From Trichoplax sp. H2 (lineage: Eukaryota): a DNA stretch of 64,000 nt. The stretch spans positions 62,001-126,000 of the forward strand of contig NOWV01000202.1 in assembly GCA_003344405.1 (NCBI GenBank), given 5' to 3'. The notes beneath the pieces were generated by a model. The model ran no database searches, was not told the origin of the DNA, and saw only the letters and a list, made by a program, of their open reading frames with translations. Made by a program: the position numbers and the translations under genes. Positions within the stretch are counted from its first letter, which is position 1. Every line of letters begins with the position of its first letter. Below, piece after piece: positions 12,944-23,418 of this stretch.

Positions 12944-15900
12944 TCACCTAATTTTCGGAGTTTCTTTAATATAATGCGAATAAAGCAGTGAATATAATCG
13001 AAATTGTGAAAATTGATAATCCTGGCGGCAGTACCCATCAAAAGTGTCGTTCAGGCACTCTACAGCGATAGCTTTACATGAAGCATGCTGGACAGAAAGC
13101 AAAATAAATTGTAATAGGTTATGCTAGGCATTTATATAATGATAGGGATAACGACAACTTACTTCGTTTGCAAATAAAGTCATGACAAAGCTTCCAGGTT
13201 TGAAAATATTGATAACAGTTTCTATCATATGTCTGTAGGAACTCTATCGATCAATTACACCCTTTTAGTTTCAATATGAAATGGGCATAAGAACTCAGCT
13301 GCTATCGAAAACTATGAAATAATGTTATTTCTTTTTAACAGTATGTGTATACATTGCAATTAATTCTAAAATTTTATAAAGTAAATTAAAATACAAGAAT
13401 AAAGCATAATTACTCTAGTAATTACTACCTGTGGGTAATTAGTTTCAAAGCTGACGTATGAGCAACAATGTTGCGGAGTTACATGAATGGTAAAGTAGAA
13501 ATTCTGAAACGAATACAGGAAGGCAAATTACAGATTTTACTTAATGAATCTTTTATTGCAATTTAAAGACGCTATGGTGGCAAAGGCTTGATAATAACTA
13601 AATTGCATATTTACATACGTTGACAACTCCATTTATTGAATAACCGCAAGGATCGAATAATTTTGCATCGATTGTTGCACCTGGCACTAAATCTGCAATT
13701 CCCATTTCCTGTTTCGTATATTAGGGTCACAGTTATGCTACGGCAGACTTTTTAACGTACATTTAGTAAATGTTAACAGCAATATTCTAGCTCAAGATTC
13801 ATTACGTACCTTAGCAATTTCTTCACCGCTCTGCTCACCTATAGTAAATTTAGCCATTACAGACGGATCCAAGCTAGTCATTAGGATGTGAATATATGTT
13901 AAGGATGAGAAACTATTTTTCAAATTTTCTTCTTACAAACGTGACTAATAATTCTCAAAATAATCAGTCGCGACATATTTGCTGAGAATAAGTTAATTAA
14001 AAAAAGCAGTGTACAACTAGATATCTCTAAAGTTTGATCTGGAAATTCCATTCCTGTTTCAGATTCCAGGGTGTACAAGTACCTTCAATATAACAGAATA
14101 ATTTATTATTTCTCGCCTGAAGGATCGATTGTAGCATAAAAACGTAAAAATTTGGCAGCAAAGTATACTGCAATTACCAGGTATCGCCATTTAACCGTCC
14201 TAGTGCGTAAGCAGCTCCATCTTTACAAAGTAATAAAAGAACGCGGGATATTATATTAACAGTAACAAAGTAGCCTTATCTATGCTATTCTTTCGCCATT
14301 GACCATTAAAGATTAGCTGAATATGAGACAGAGTCAAGTTCAATGAAACTTACTTTCAAAAAAATTCTCGAGGGTGGTGACCTACACATTAAGTAAGATA
14401 GCTGCAATATTAGTTATGTACTAATACCAGCAATCAATATTTTTGTTATGCATTTATGTTATTCAACTAATAGCTAAACGTTACACTTAAGAATTAAAAA
14501 AGCCGTGAAGATGAAATATTACGTAACCTCAGTATCGAAGCTATTGTGTGGTCCTTTCTGCAAATGAGGTTGTTGAAACTTGCGTCTAGAATAGAAAGCG
14601 TTCTACCAATTGACAGTTCATGCAGTCATATAGTAAAGCACATATCACCGTTAGTTAGAAAGCAAGCATGCTCTTAAAGGTGAAAGCAACAAGGACAGTT
14701 AAATATTAGTATAACATTAAAATATAGGCTTTATTACCTCTACAATATCAAAATTGCACTTCTCCTTAGCTAGCTTTAATAAAGGTGCGAGAGCATTAAG
14801 CAATGTTGTCACTCCACATGTTTTCAGAATAAAACGATTGGAAGATACGAACAAACTGCTTTCGCTGTAAGATATTTTAAATCAAGGAATGGTTAATTGA
14901 ACTGTACATCAAATATACGTCATGTACGCAATGTACTCAATGATTTGAATTTGGGCATCCATATAATGGATTATAAGCAAACCTCAAAAGGTAAGCAGTA
15001 ATATCATTACTGGAAACTTCGCTTAAGATAGAGCAGTTGGCATACGTCAAAAGTTCTGACCAGTCATCTCTGTAATAATAAATGGATTGTTTAGTGATAT
15101 GAATTATAGGTGCACAGCAACTAACTTATAAAAGCAAGCTTTTGAAAATTTACTGCAGCATGAATTTTGTTACATCCACTATTATTGTTATATGTGTGTT
15201 TCTCTACATCTGTCATTACCGAGGGGAAATTATCTGCAAAGTACAGCAGTTTTGAACGTAACGTATACACTATAGAATAATTGTACATCTGAACAGAGTA
15301 ACTAGCTTTACATGTTGCCAAACAAATCATATACAATTGTAAGGAATGAACGGCAGGAATCAATTAAGTCATTACGTATATATATAATGAAATGACGCAT
15401 GTCTCAGAACACAAATTAATATGTACAGACAAACATTAGTTTAATAACAATGTTTGCAAATTCATAAGAATTGAATCACTATGATGACATGATCGATTTC
15501 ATTTAATTAAAAAGGGCAAGCGATGTTGCTATCTTACACCCTCACGTTCAAGTACGCCAACTTAGCAGAGCATAGTATCGACGTTATGTAACAGTACTGT
15601 AGGTATAGTAACGGCAGTACGTGTAAAATTTATAACTATAAATAATCAAGCATATACAGTAGTATGTATAATAGATAATACTGTAACAATAATAGCCATC
15701 TGCCGTAATCAAAACACGATGGAAAATGAAATGATATCATGGACTTTCTAATTTTAACAAAATAATATGCCGTATACCACTTTGCATACAGCCGCAGCTT
15801 CTCGTATCATCGCATAGCAGTACTTTTTATGTTCTTCGATCATCTTCCATGTCTGATGTTGATATTTCGCCCAAACATACTGGATATCAGTTTAGCTACA

Positions 15901-16434
15901 AAAGATGTACTGTACTATCAATGAATAAGTAATTCTATGTTGTATATGTATAAATATACGAGTATATAATTATTGTTATACTGTAATAAAAATTATTATT
16001 ATCGCAATGATGGCACGATCTTTTAGTGAACTATCTTTATCGTCTAGTTTATGTATCAGATCCATTTGTTCAAAAGTTGTTGTATAATTAATTTGTAGAA
16101 TCATTGTTAGAATTTAAGGATTGGTTTACTTACTACTATATACGTGTAGTACATCATATATAATGTATTTATTATGTGTGTATATATGTATATCTATATA
16201 GATACGCGTGTATCACAATGAATCAATTAATACATGATAGTAGAATATCATTGTCATCGACTCCTAGGTAACTACGCCTATTTCATTTTTAACTGGCAAT
16301 ATCTTGATTTACTTTGAAATTTCTCGTAAGTCATGTACTCGTCCATCCTGAGTCGATTGCGTACTGTCCGAAGAGGCAAACCAGATCTCCAATAATTTCT
16401 CGGTGCCTTCAAAAAATGCCTGTTGTGTGGACAT
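12944..16434 (-). CDS. AMD1: S-adenosylmethionine decarboxylase proenzyme, 12 exons, 335 aa
   Basis: Hand-spliced exons on the minus strand: 16434-16313, 15069-14983, 14864-14738, 14602-14528, 14381-14354, 14220-14178, 14082-14025, 13887-13810, 13708-13619, 13503-13429, 13243-13163, 13087-12944 (1008 nt, open frame). The translation has [25 protein letters not shown] (self-cleavage/pyruvoyl site), [26 protein letters not shown] and [14 protein letters not shown]. Confidence 0.97.
13888..14024 (-). other. U12-type (minor spliceosome) AT-AC intron in AMD1, 137 nt
   Basis: The intron is needed to join PDQTLE to ILMTSLDP. Its 5' end is ATATCTAG and its 3' end is ...TTCAC. A consensus U12 branch point TCCTTAAC lies at 13905-13898, 10 nt before the exon boundary. 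No GT donor or AG acceptor preserves the conserved peptide. Confidence 0.9.
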
Positions 16435-16644
16435 GGTGATAGGTTACTGATTGGAATCGATCGATGTTAGACAATCTATATCTATACTGTAACTACTAGA
16501 CCCAATGATGCAGCGATAAAGTAATGATTAGCAAATCATGCTATTTTGATTTCCTGTCAATTCTTTTCGAAAGTGCCAAAGTTAGCTGGTACTCTATACA
16601 TGCGTAAGATTTGCATATCCAAAATGAACTATTGCGACAGTCGA

Positions 16645-16662
16645 TCACGAATCAACAGGCAT
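16645..16662 (-). promoter_or_regulatory. Candidate regulatory uORF (MPVDS*) in the AMD1 5' leader
   Basis: ATG CCT GTT GAT TCG TGA, preceded by CCACC, starting 228 nt upstream of the AMD1 ATG. It resembles the vertebrate AMD1 uORF MAGDIS* (Asp at position 4, Ser before the stop). The transcription start is unknown. Confidence 0.55.
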
Positions 16663-16675
16663 GGTGGACCAATGA

Positions 16676-18420
16676 CTGTACTGTACAGTATGCTCCACTT
16701 GAGTACTGTACTGTACATTGATTCATCCAGTTTCCTTTCACTGAGCTGCAGTATACTGTACTGTATTGTACTGTACAGTACTGTATAACTGTATAGCAAT
16801 ACTGTTCAGTACTGCCATGCCAGTACAGTGCCGCGAACTGTGCTGCGCAGACGTGCTATACAGTGGACAGTACAGTACACAGAGTACAGTACAATATACT
16901 GTAGGAACCTGTAATACTGTACAGTACAGTACAGTACCGTACAGTACACAAGTTGGCATACTGTATTGTACTGTACTGTACAGTACTGTAAAAAAATAGC
17001 AATGCTGTTTAGTAATTCCAGTACAGTACAGTGCCGCGAACTGTGCTGCGCAGACGTACTACACAGCGGACGGTACAGTACTGTACACAGAGTACAGTAC
17101 AATATACTGTAGGAATCTGTAATATGCACTGTACAGTACAGTACAGTACTGTACTGTACGTACTGTATCAAAATACCAATACTGGTTCAGTACTGCCAGG
17201 ACAGTGCCGCGAACTGTGCTGCGCAGACGTACTGTACACTGTACATTACAGTACATTGAGTACAGTACAATATACTGTAGGAACCTGTAATATGGACTGT
17301 ACTCTACTGTATACTCTACTGTACAGTAGTACAGTACTGTACACTAGTTGGTATATTGTACTGGACAGTACTGTACTGTACTGTACTTCATTCAAAGTTT
17401 TGACACACGACCGTACAGTACTGTACTTAGAGTCCGTACTGTTCTGTACAGTGCTTTCTTACAATTTACAGTACTGTATCTATTGACATGTACTGTACAC
17501 TGTACAGTACAGTACTGTACGGTACAGCAGCACGGTACAGTACAGCAGGACGTCGATGTTATCATGATAATCTACTGTACTGTACAGTACAGTATACAGA
17601 CAAATACAGTACTGTACAGTACAGTACCGCATCGTCCAAAGTACCGCTGAGAAATCTAAAGTGATCATTCCAAGTTCTACCCCTTTGGAACTTCATCAAT
17701 CATACAATTATAATAGGATTGTATGGAGTATGGAAGACTGCTGTACGGTACCGTGTCGGTTTTCGAAATCACTGGTACTCATTGAAGTAGCAATAACGAT
17801 CTTAGATAACTGTTTCCAAGCTGAACTTAGTAACAGTTGATAAGATTCAAAGTAATATTTCTTACTTAATGTAGAAAAAGTCAGCCAATTTAAAATCGAT
17901 CGTCTCCATACTAAAGTATTGCCATCATGAGGTGTTTGGTACAATATATTGACGAGATGAGGCCAAAGGTGTCTGTCAGCCCAGGTCTCCATCTGCTACG
18001 GTTGCCCGTCTATCTGTGACATGGACTCATCGTGTGCAAAATTGAACCCTAGTACAGTACAGTACAGTACAGTATCAATAGTCCATCAGTGACGTCAGTC
18101 ATGCTTTCAAATAGTTGCGGTTTTGAGCGGCATTTTTTCATTTCTGTACCGTACAGTACAGTATTGTACAGTACTGTACTGTACTGTATTCCTGTACGGT
18201 ACTATGTACTGTACCGGGTTGTTACAAAGACCCTTCTCTTGGGACACAATACAGTACATTGTACTATATTGCACAGTACACAGTACTATACAGGAATGGA
18301 CTGTACGGTATCATACAGTACTGTACAGTACAGGACTGAACCACGGAAAAGCTACAGTACAGTACAGTATCAGAAAACCGAACCCATCACCACACCGTAT
18401 AGCACAGTACAGTCTTTTTT
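16676..18420. repeat. TACAG/CTGTA pentanucleotide low-complexity array between the divergent AMD1 and STPR-repeat genes
   Basis: Dense alternating TACAG and CTGTA units form many TACAGTACTGTA palindromes. A non-repetitive island interrupts the array at ~17650-18050. The array explains the many spurious Y/C/T/V/S/Q-rich ORFs on both strands. Confidence 0.9.
16795..17300. repeat. Higher-order tandem repeat (3 units, ~170-200 bp) with an invariant GC-rich core
   Basis: CAGTGCCGCGAACTGTGCTGCGCAGACGT is identical at 16826, 17029 and 17202. Each copy is followed later by TACAGTACAATATACTGTAGGAAYCTGTAATA. A partial core CAGTGCCGCG recurs near 18443. Confidence 0.88.
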
Positions 18421-18777
18421 TCTTTTAACTGTAACTCGTGGACAGTGCCGCGGTCCCGGCAGAAGTTTTACAGTCTACCGCCTACTATTTCTTCGTTTTT
18501 AACGCGGGCATCGACACGTATTACCCCCATGTACCCAAATTGTTGCCTTCCCTATCCGACAGTACAGTATACGAAATCCACATATCGTTTCCAAGTTCAG
18601 ACAGTCGTCCGTTCGTGTTATGCTTAGACGTTCGGACTCCGGACCAAAAGTGTTTCCAACGTTTTGAAATTTTGAAACGATTAATTAGAAAACGATCCAT
18701 TTTATTTCCTCAATCATTTCTCTTTATAGATTAGTGTTTTTAGCGTAAAAAATTGCGTCGGTTAATTTGTGGATACG

Positions 18778-19674
18778 ATGGCAAATTTCGATATGAATTT
18801 CGTCAATCAAGTTTTTCCCACCAAACCTGATAAGGCCAAGGAAGAGGAAACTGCCAAAGTGGATGATTTATTGGAGGTAAAACGTAATAGGCGTGCGCTT
18901 TTTCAACGTGAAAGACGTAAAAGGAGGAGTTTAGATCAAGTGTTACTGGACAGAAAGAAGGACGCAGAAAGGAAAAGGGTTCGAAGATCAAAAAGAACAA
19001 CGAATGAAATTGAACGAGATCGAAAACACGACGCCGAACGTAAGAAGCTAAGACGAGCTGCCAGAACACCGGAAGAAATTAGAACTGATCGTAAGAAAGA
19101 TGCCGATAGAAAGCGACGTAAAAGGGCTGCTAGAACTCAAAATCAAATTGAGGAACAAAAGGAAGCAGATCGTCAGAGAAAACGACTCAAAAGAGCAAGT
19201 AGAACGCCGGAACAGATTCAGCTTGATCGAGAGAGAGATGCTAAAAGAAAGAGGATTAGCAGGGCTCTTAAAGCGGCGCAACGTCACGCTGACAAACAAC
19301 GCCAGGAAGGGATTACCGATACCGCAGCAGCTACTGCCACTGCCAAGGTGGAGCAAATGCCAGCAACTGAACAATCTGAACCACACGATATAGCCAATAG
19401 CGTAAGTGCAGGTGATATGACCTTTCGAACAGAGTATGTTGAAGCTTACACTGATCAAGTTATGCCAGATTCTTCAGTCATCGATAGCATTGTTGAGATC
19501 TCCAATAACGGCGAAGATCATACCACAACTATGGAAACCGTAGCTGAAGGTGATATTGCCCAAGATAAAACAACCACTACAGAAGCAGCAGAAGTACCAA
19601 AAGGTCAATCCAAACGAAAAGCACCAAATCAAGCTACAGCGAAGAAAGGCAACAAGAAATCAATCAAAACATGA
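18778..19674 (+). CDS. STPR-like (23-aa repeat) putative DNA-binding protein, ~298 aa, single coding exon
   Basis: Long open frame from the first ATG at 18778. Five exact-length 23-aa repeats at 18925-19269: RSLDQVLLDRKKDAERKRVRRSK, RTTNEIERDRKHDAERKKLRRAA, RTPEEIRTDRKKDADRKRRKRAA, RTQNQIEEQKEADRQRKRLKRAS, RTPEQIQLDRERDAKRKRISRAL. These resemble ZNF821/FMBP-1 STPR repeats. An acidic region and basic NLS-like C-terminus follow; AATAAA at ~20299. Confidence 0.8.
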   Translation: MANFDMNFVNQVFPTKPDKAKEEETAKVDDLLEVKRNRRALFQRERRKRRSLDQVLLDRKKDAERKRVRRSKRTTNEIERDRKHDAERKKLRRAARTPEEIRTDRKKDADRKRRKRAARTQNQIEEQKEADRQRKRLKRASRTPEQIQLDRERDAKRKRISRALKAAQRHADKQRQEGITDTAAATATAKVEQMPATEQSEPHDIANSVSAGDMTFRTEYVEAYTDQVMPDSSVIDSIVEISNNGEDHTTTMETVAEGDIAQDKTTTTEAAEVPKGQSKRKAPNQATAKKGNKKSIKT

Positions 19675-20979
19675 TAAATATATTTATATCTATTTAGTCC
19701 AGTGATACGTCCTTAATCGTAACTATTTCAATAATTAACTTGACCGTAATCCTATCCAGTTATCTCAAGTCATAGAGACGATACAGCAATAAGAAAGGGT
19801 GCTATTTTGCAGAATTATTACAATGGATTGGAGTTTTTTTAAGTTATTGCTAGAAAAATCATTGAGAATGCATCAATTTGTCCTCGATTCCATAATTGGA
19901 TGCTTGTTGACTATACTTTACGCAATCGTTACCCTTGACATGGTACCCTAGTGCCGCCGCTGTTGTTCAATGTCAGTATTGACGAAGAAAATGGCGTAAT
20001 TATAATTATGATACGTTCATTCCAATCAACCAATTTTTTACAAATTGTAATTATTTCTACGCCACCTGCATCAACTCATCGTCAGATGATATAGAAGTAC
20101 GTATACTATTTGATGTGTTTATAAAATTGGTAAATGGTTCCTAACTTTATTGTACCTAAAGATATCGTGCAGTCAAGGTTCTGTTGCAGAACTTTCGCGT
20201 AATAATTGTAATTATAATTAGCTATAACCTTGTACTAATTTTTTTAAGAAACGGTCGATTGTGAAAAGTTTTAGTGACTTGAATAATCACATGATGTTAA
20301 TAAATAAATTTATTTGTATATCCTGTTACAGTAAATGCTTTATGATCACAATGATTTTTAAAATTATCAAATAACGATGCAATCTCAGTAGAATCCTGCT
20401 TTGGATAGTGAATGTTTAGATTTAATACACTTTTTTTGTGCGATATAGTAAAGCAGACAATTTATTGATTTCTCTACGGTAATTCATCCAATTATTGTAT
20501 TCTGTTATTTCGGTGAAACTGTTCACGGTATCGTGAATTATTAATATTATTGCTAAGAAATTCCTATTGGCAATGCTTCACTTGATTATTCACTAATTAA
20601 TGAATTTAATGCTATGATATAATAGATGAAGTTAAATCTAGCTACTATGTAACGAACGCGAGTATTATACTAATCTAGCTTCGGTAGACACTCGCATATA
20701 CTGTAGTATTTCTAGCTTTTAACTTGTTATTATGCCTATCTTCACTGTAATGTGTGTAATAGTGTGTATGAAAATACATTCATGCAGTACACTCAGGATG
20801 CTTATGCCTATCTGATATTATCTCAGCTGAATTAGTCACTATCATATCATGAAGCTCTGCAAGATTTACATTTTCTCAATGGCAGCTGAAAATCCGGTTA
20901 AACCTTAATGTACTGTAACTACACGTCTAGCTTGAGCAAACGGTAAATTGATCCAAAATAGATTTTTTCCTTTAGCACA

Positions 20980-21640
20980 AACTGGAGTTATCAGTTTCTA
21001 GTGTAGCAATATTATTTATGACAATATTATTATTACAAATTTATATACCGAAGTCTCCGCTGTACTTTACAGATTTACTGGATAAGCTGGGTGGCTATTA
21101 TTGCATGAGCAGTATGAATTGAAACGATGAATTGTAGGCTGAAATTCTATCAATCCCTATTGTATTTTTATAGCTTGCGCGGATAGTAAATCAATCTCAT
21201 ACAAGCGCTTTACTTTGACGGTTACTTTACGAAATACGATGATTATAATTATAACCTGGATCACGTATAGGCGTAATTAATTAATTATAGTCGTATAAAT
21301 ATTCAAGTTTTTATTATCGCCGGGGTTATCAGTTAGACTGGTTCGTTATAATATGACTCCATTTTATTACTGAAGTCGACTGCACACCATGGATTTACTG
21401 AATAAGCTAGGTATTCTTGCATAAGCATGATTATATGCAATTATGAGCTAAAATTGTGCCCAGCTTTGCTGTAACTCGTGCGTTTTTAACCCTTATTACG
21501 GTTACTGCGAATGAATTCAATTTTGGGGGGAATTAGAATTATCAGTTTGCGATATACTCATTTGTTACAATACTATTATACGTATTTTATTTACTGAATT
21601 CTCCGTTATACTTTGCACAATGAATTTACTGAATAAGACA
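20980..21640. repeat. Degenerate ~230-320-bp repeat (3 units)
   Basis: Recurring ttatcagtt...atttactg(g/a)ataag module at ~21072, ~21391 and ~21622. Confidence 0.55.
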
Positions 21641-22843
21641 GTTTTAATCTGGCAACTACGGCAACTGCTAGTTGTGATGCAACCATGAAAGTTAATTAAT
21701 GAAGTTTGCGGTATACGATTCTATTGCATAGTAATAGTCGAAAGATACAGCACAGTACAATACGTGTACTTAGCTTTTGATGATGCTACAATTGCAAACT
21801 AGTAGTTTGCAATTGAAATCCCTGAGCTAGATCAACTCCACAATGCGACGGAGCTTCTAGCCGACGAAATATAGCAATATCAGTCATATTCCAAACCTGG
21901 ATTAACGATTGATCAACTTCTAACGACTTTACATATTTTGGAAAGTACTGCCTTACACTATATATGCGTATTAAGTTAGCAATTCGATCTGAATGGGGTC
22001 AGAAAAATTTTAACTGTATCCGTTTTGCATAGGTTATCAAATAGCTCGTTGTAGTAATAACCTGAACCTCGTTGCACTGGTGTGGTGTGGGTAAAAAAGA
22101 TAGAAACATAGAGGTAAAAGAAAGTGCCATAAAAACTTGTTTCTTTCTTTTAGCTGTGCTTCCTAGTCTAGTCTAGTTCAGACTGGTCCTTGCAGTCTTG
22201 ACCAGTCTTTCTGATCATTTCGAAAAGTATGACTACCGCAGAGCACTTTAATTAAAGTACAGTACTGTACTTTAGAGCAGAGAAACACTGACAGTGACCT
22301 CAGCGTCTTGGTCTTATCCGCCTTTTAATTTTTGTCAGCGAAATGGTGTAGTCCGGTCCAGTTAGGGAATTTTAAGAATACCCAAAAGTCTCTGGTCCTG
22401 GAAGCATCTAGTTGGTCAAGACCCATCTAGCCATATACTGTAGTTAGAACTAAAGAGAATGGAACTTTTCTCTTCAACCTCTATAAGGCTGTACGATATA
22501 GTATACTGTAGTGCACGGTGATCGGCAGGCCTCCAACTTTGTCAAGATATCATTTTGCAAAGTTGCTTAAATTCAAGAATTTGATATAAATTTGTTATTT
22601 TTGCGTATACCTGACTCCAAGAGCAAACAAACATTCAATCAAATTGAACTAACGGTGTTTAAATACGTACAAACGTCCCTGAAATGTTAAAATAAAAATT
22701 ATACATAACGAATATAAACGTGCAATAAAATGTTGTACTGATATACACTACACTAAGCTGTAGTTAGGGTAGACCATGGTACAGTGTACTGTACTGTACG
22801 TATAGCACTATGCTATGCGTTGGACTACTAGAAGAAGGATCAA

Positions 22844-23183
22844 TCATTCTTGGACGGACAGACCTTTTCGGCCTCATTTCGTCAAAATATTGTTTCAAAC
22901 ACTTCGTTATGATACTACTGTACACTACATTAGCGAGCAGGCGATCGATATTATAATGACTAAATTTTCTAAATTAAGTAAGAATATTATCCGTTTCTAA
23001 GTTCTGATTGGAAATAGTTATGCAAGATCTTAGATGCTATTTAAATTAGTACTGATTAGTCTTTCATGTAGGAACGTTTTACTAATTTAGAAAACAGATA
23101 CGGAAGATTCATACCAAGTAGCCATTTTTGTCGATATTTGCCGCCTAATTTAGTAAGAAAGGTCCGTCTGTCCGAGGGAGTGA
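22844..23183. mobile_element. Possible degenerate MITE (~340 bp) bounded by imperfect inverted repeats
   Basis: TCATTCTTGGACGGACAGACCTTTT on the left and GAAAGGTCCGTCTGTCCGAGGGAGTGA on the right are imperfect reverse complements. No clear TSD. Confidence 0.4.
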
Positions 23184-23337
23184 CATACTATATGTGATAT
23201 GTATGTCTGTCTCTAAAAAGGGTCTCTACTTGTAGATGGTCCGATCAGACTTTTTCTAGTGTATGTAGATCCAGATTTAGCCATTTTCAAATTTAGTGTT
23301 TCACACACCTCACTGAAACTGCTCCGCTGGTACTTTA

Positions 23338-23418
23338 TGTCCACTTATGCCCCCTGCAAAAAACTCTTTACTTAGTATTGGCTTTTAAAATATTTTTCGC
23401 AGGGGACGCAAGTGGACA
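23338..23418. repeat. 26-bp imperfect inverted repeat (hairpin/MITE-like)
   Basis: TGTCCACTTATGCCCCCTGCAAAAAA vs the reverse complement of 23393-23418 (TGTCCACTTGCGTCCCCTGCGAAAAA), 22/26 identical. Confidence 0.65.

Noticed and set aside
12938..12946. Vertebrate-type AMD1 stop-codon readthrough tail
   Set aside because: The TGA stop is immediately followed by an in-frame TAA, so no extended tail ORF exists.
16826..17230. CRISPR-like appearance of the identical 29-bp repeats
   Set aside because: The spacers are 140-175 nt, homologous to each other and low complexity. There are no cas genes and the context is eukaryotic.
17708..17992. 94-aa minus-strand ORF in the non-repetitive island of the array
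   Set aside because: No recognisable motif or supporting splice structure; it cannot be supported as a gene.
16546..18734. Many overlapping ORFs rich in Y, C, T, V, S, Q on both strands
   Set aside because: They are translations of the stop-poor TACAG/CTGTA array and show no protein-like complexity.
18803..19458. Alternative-frame and antisense ORFs over the STPR-like gene
   Set aside because: Shadow ORFs of the repetitive coding sequence.
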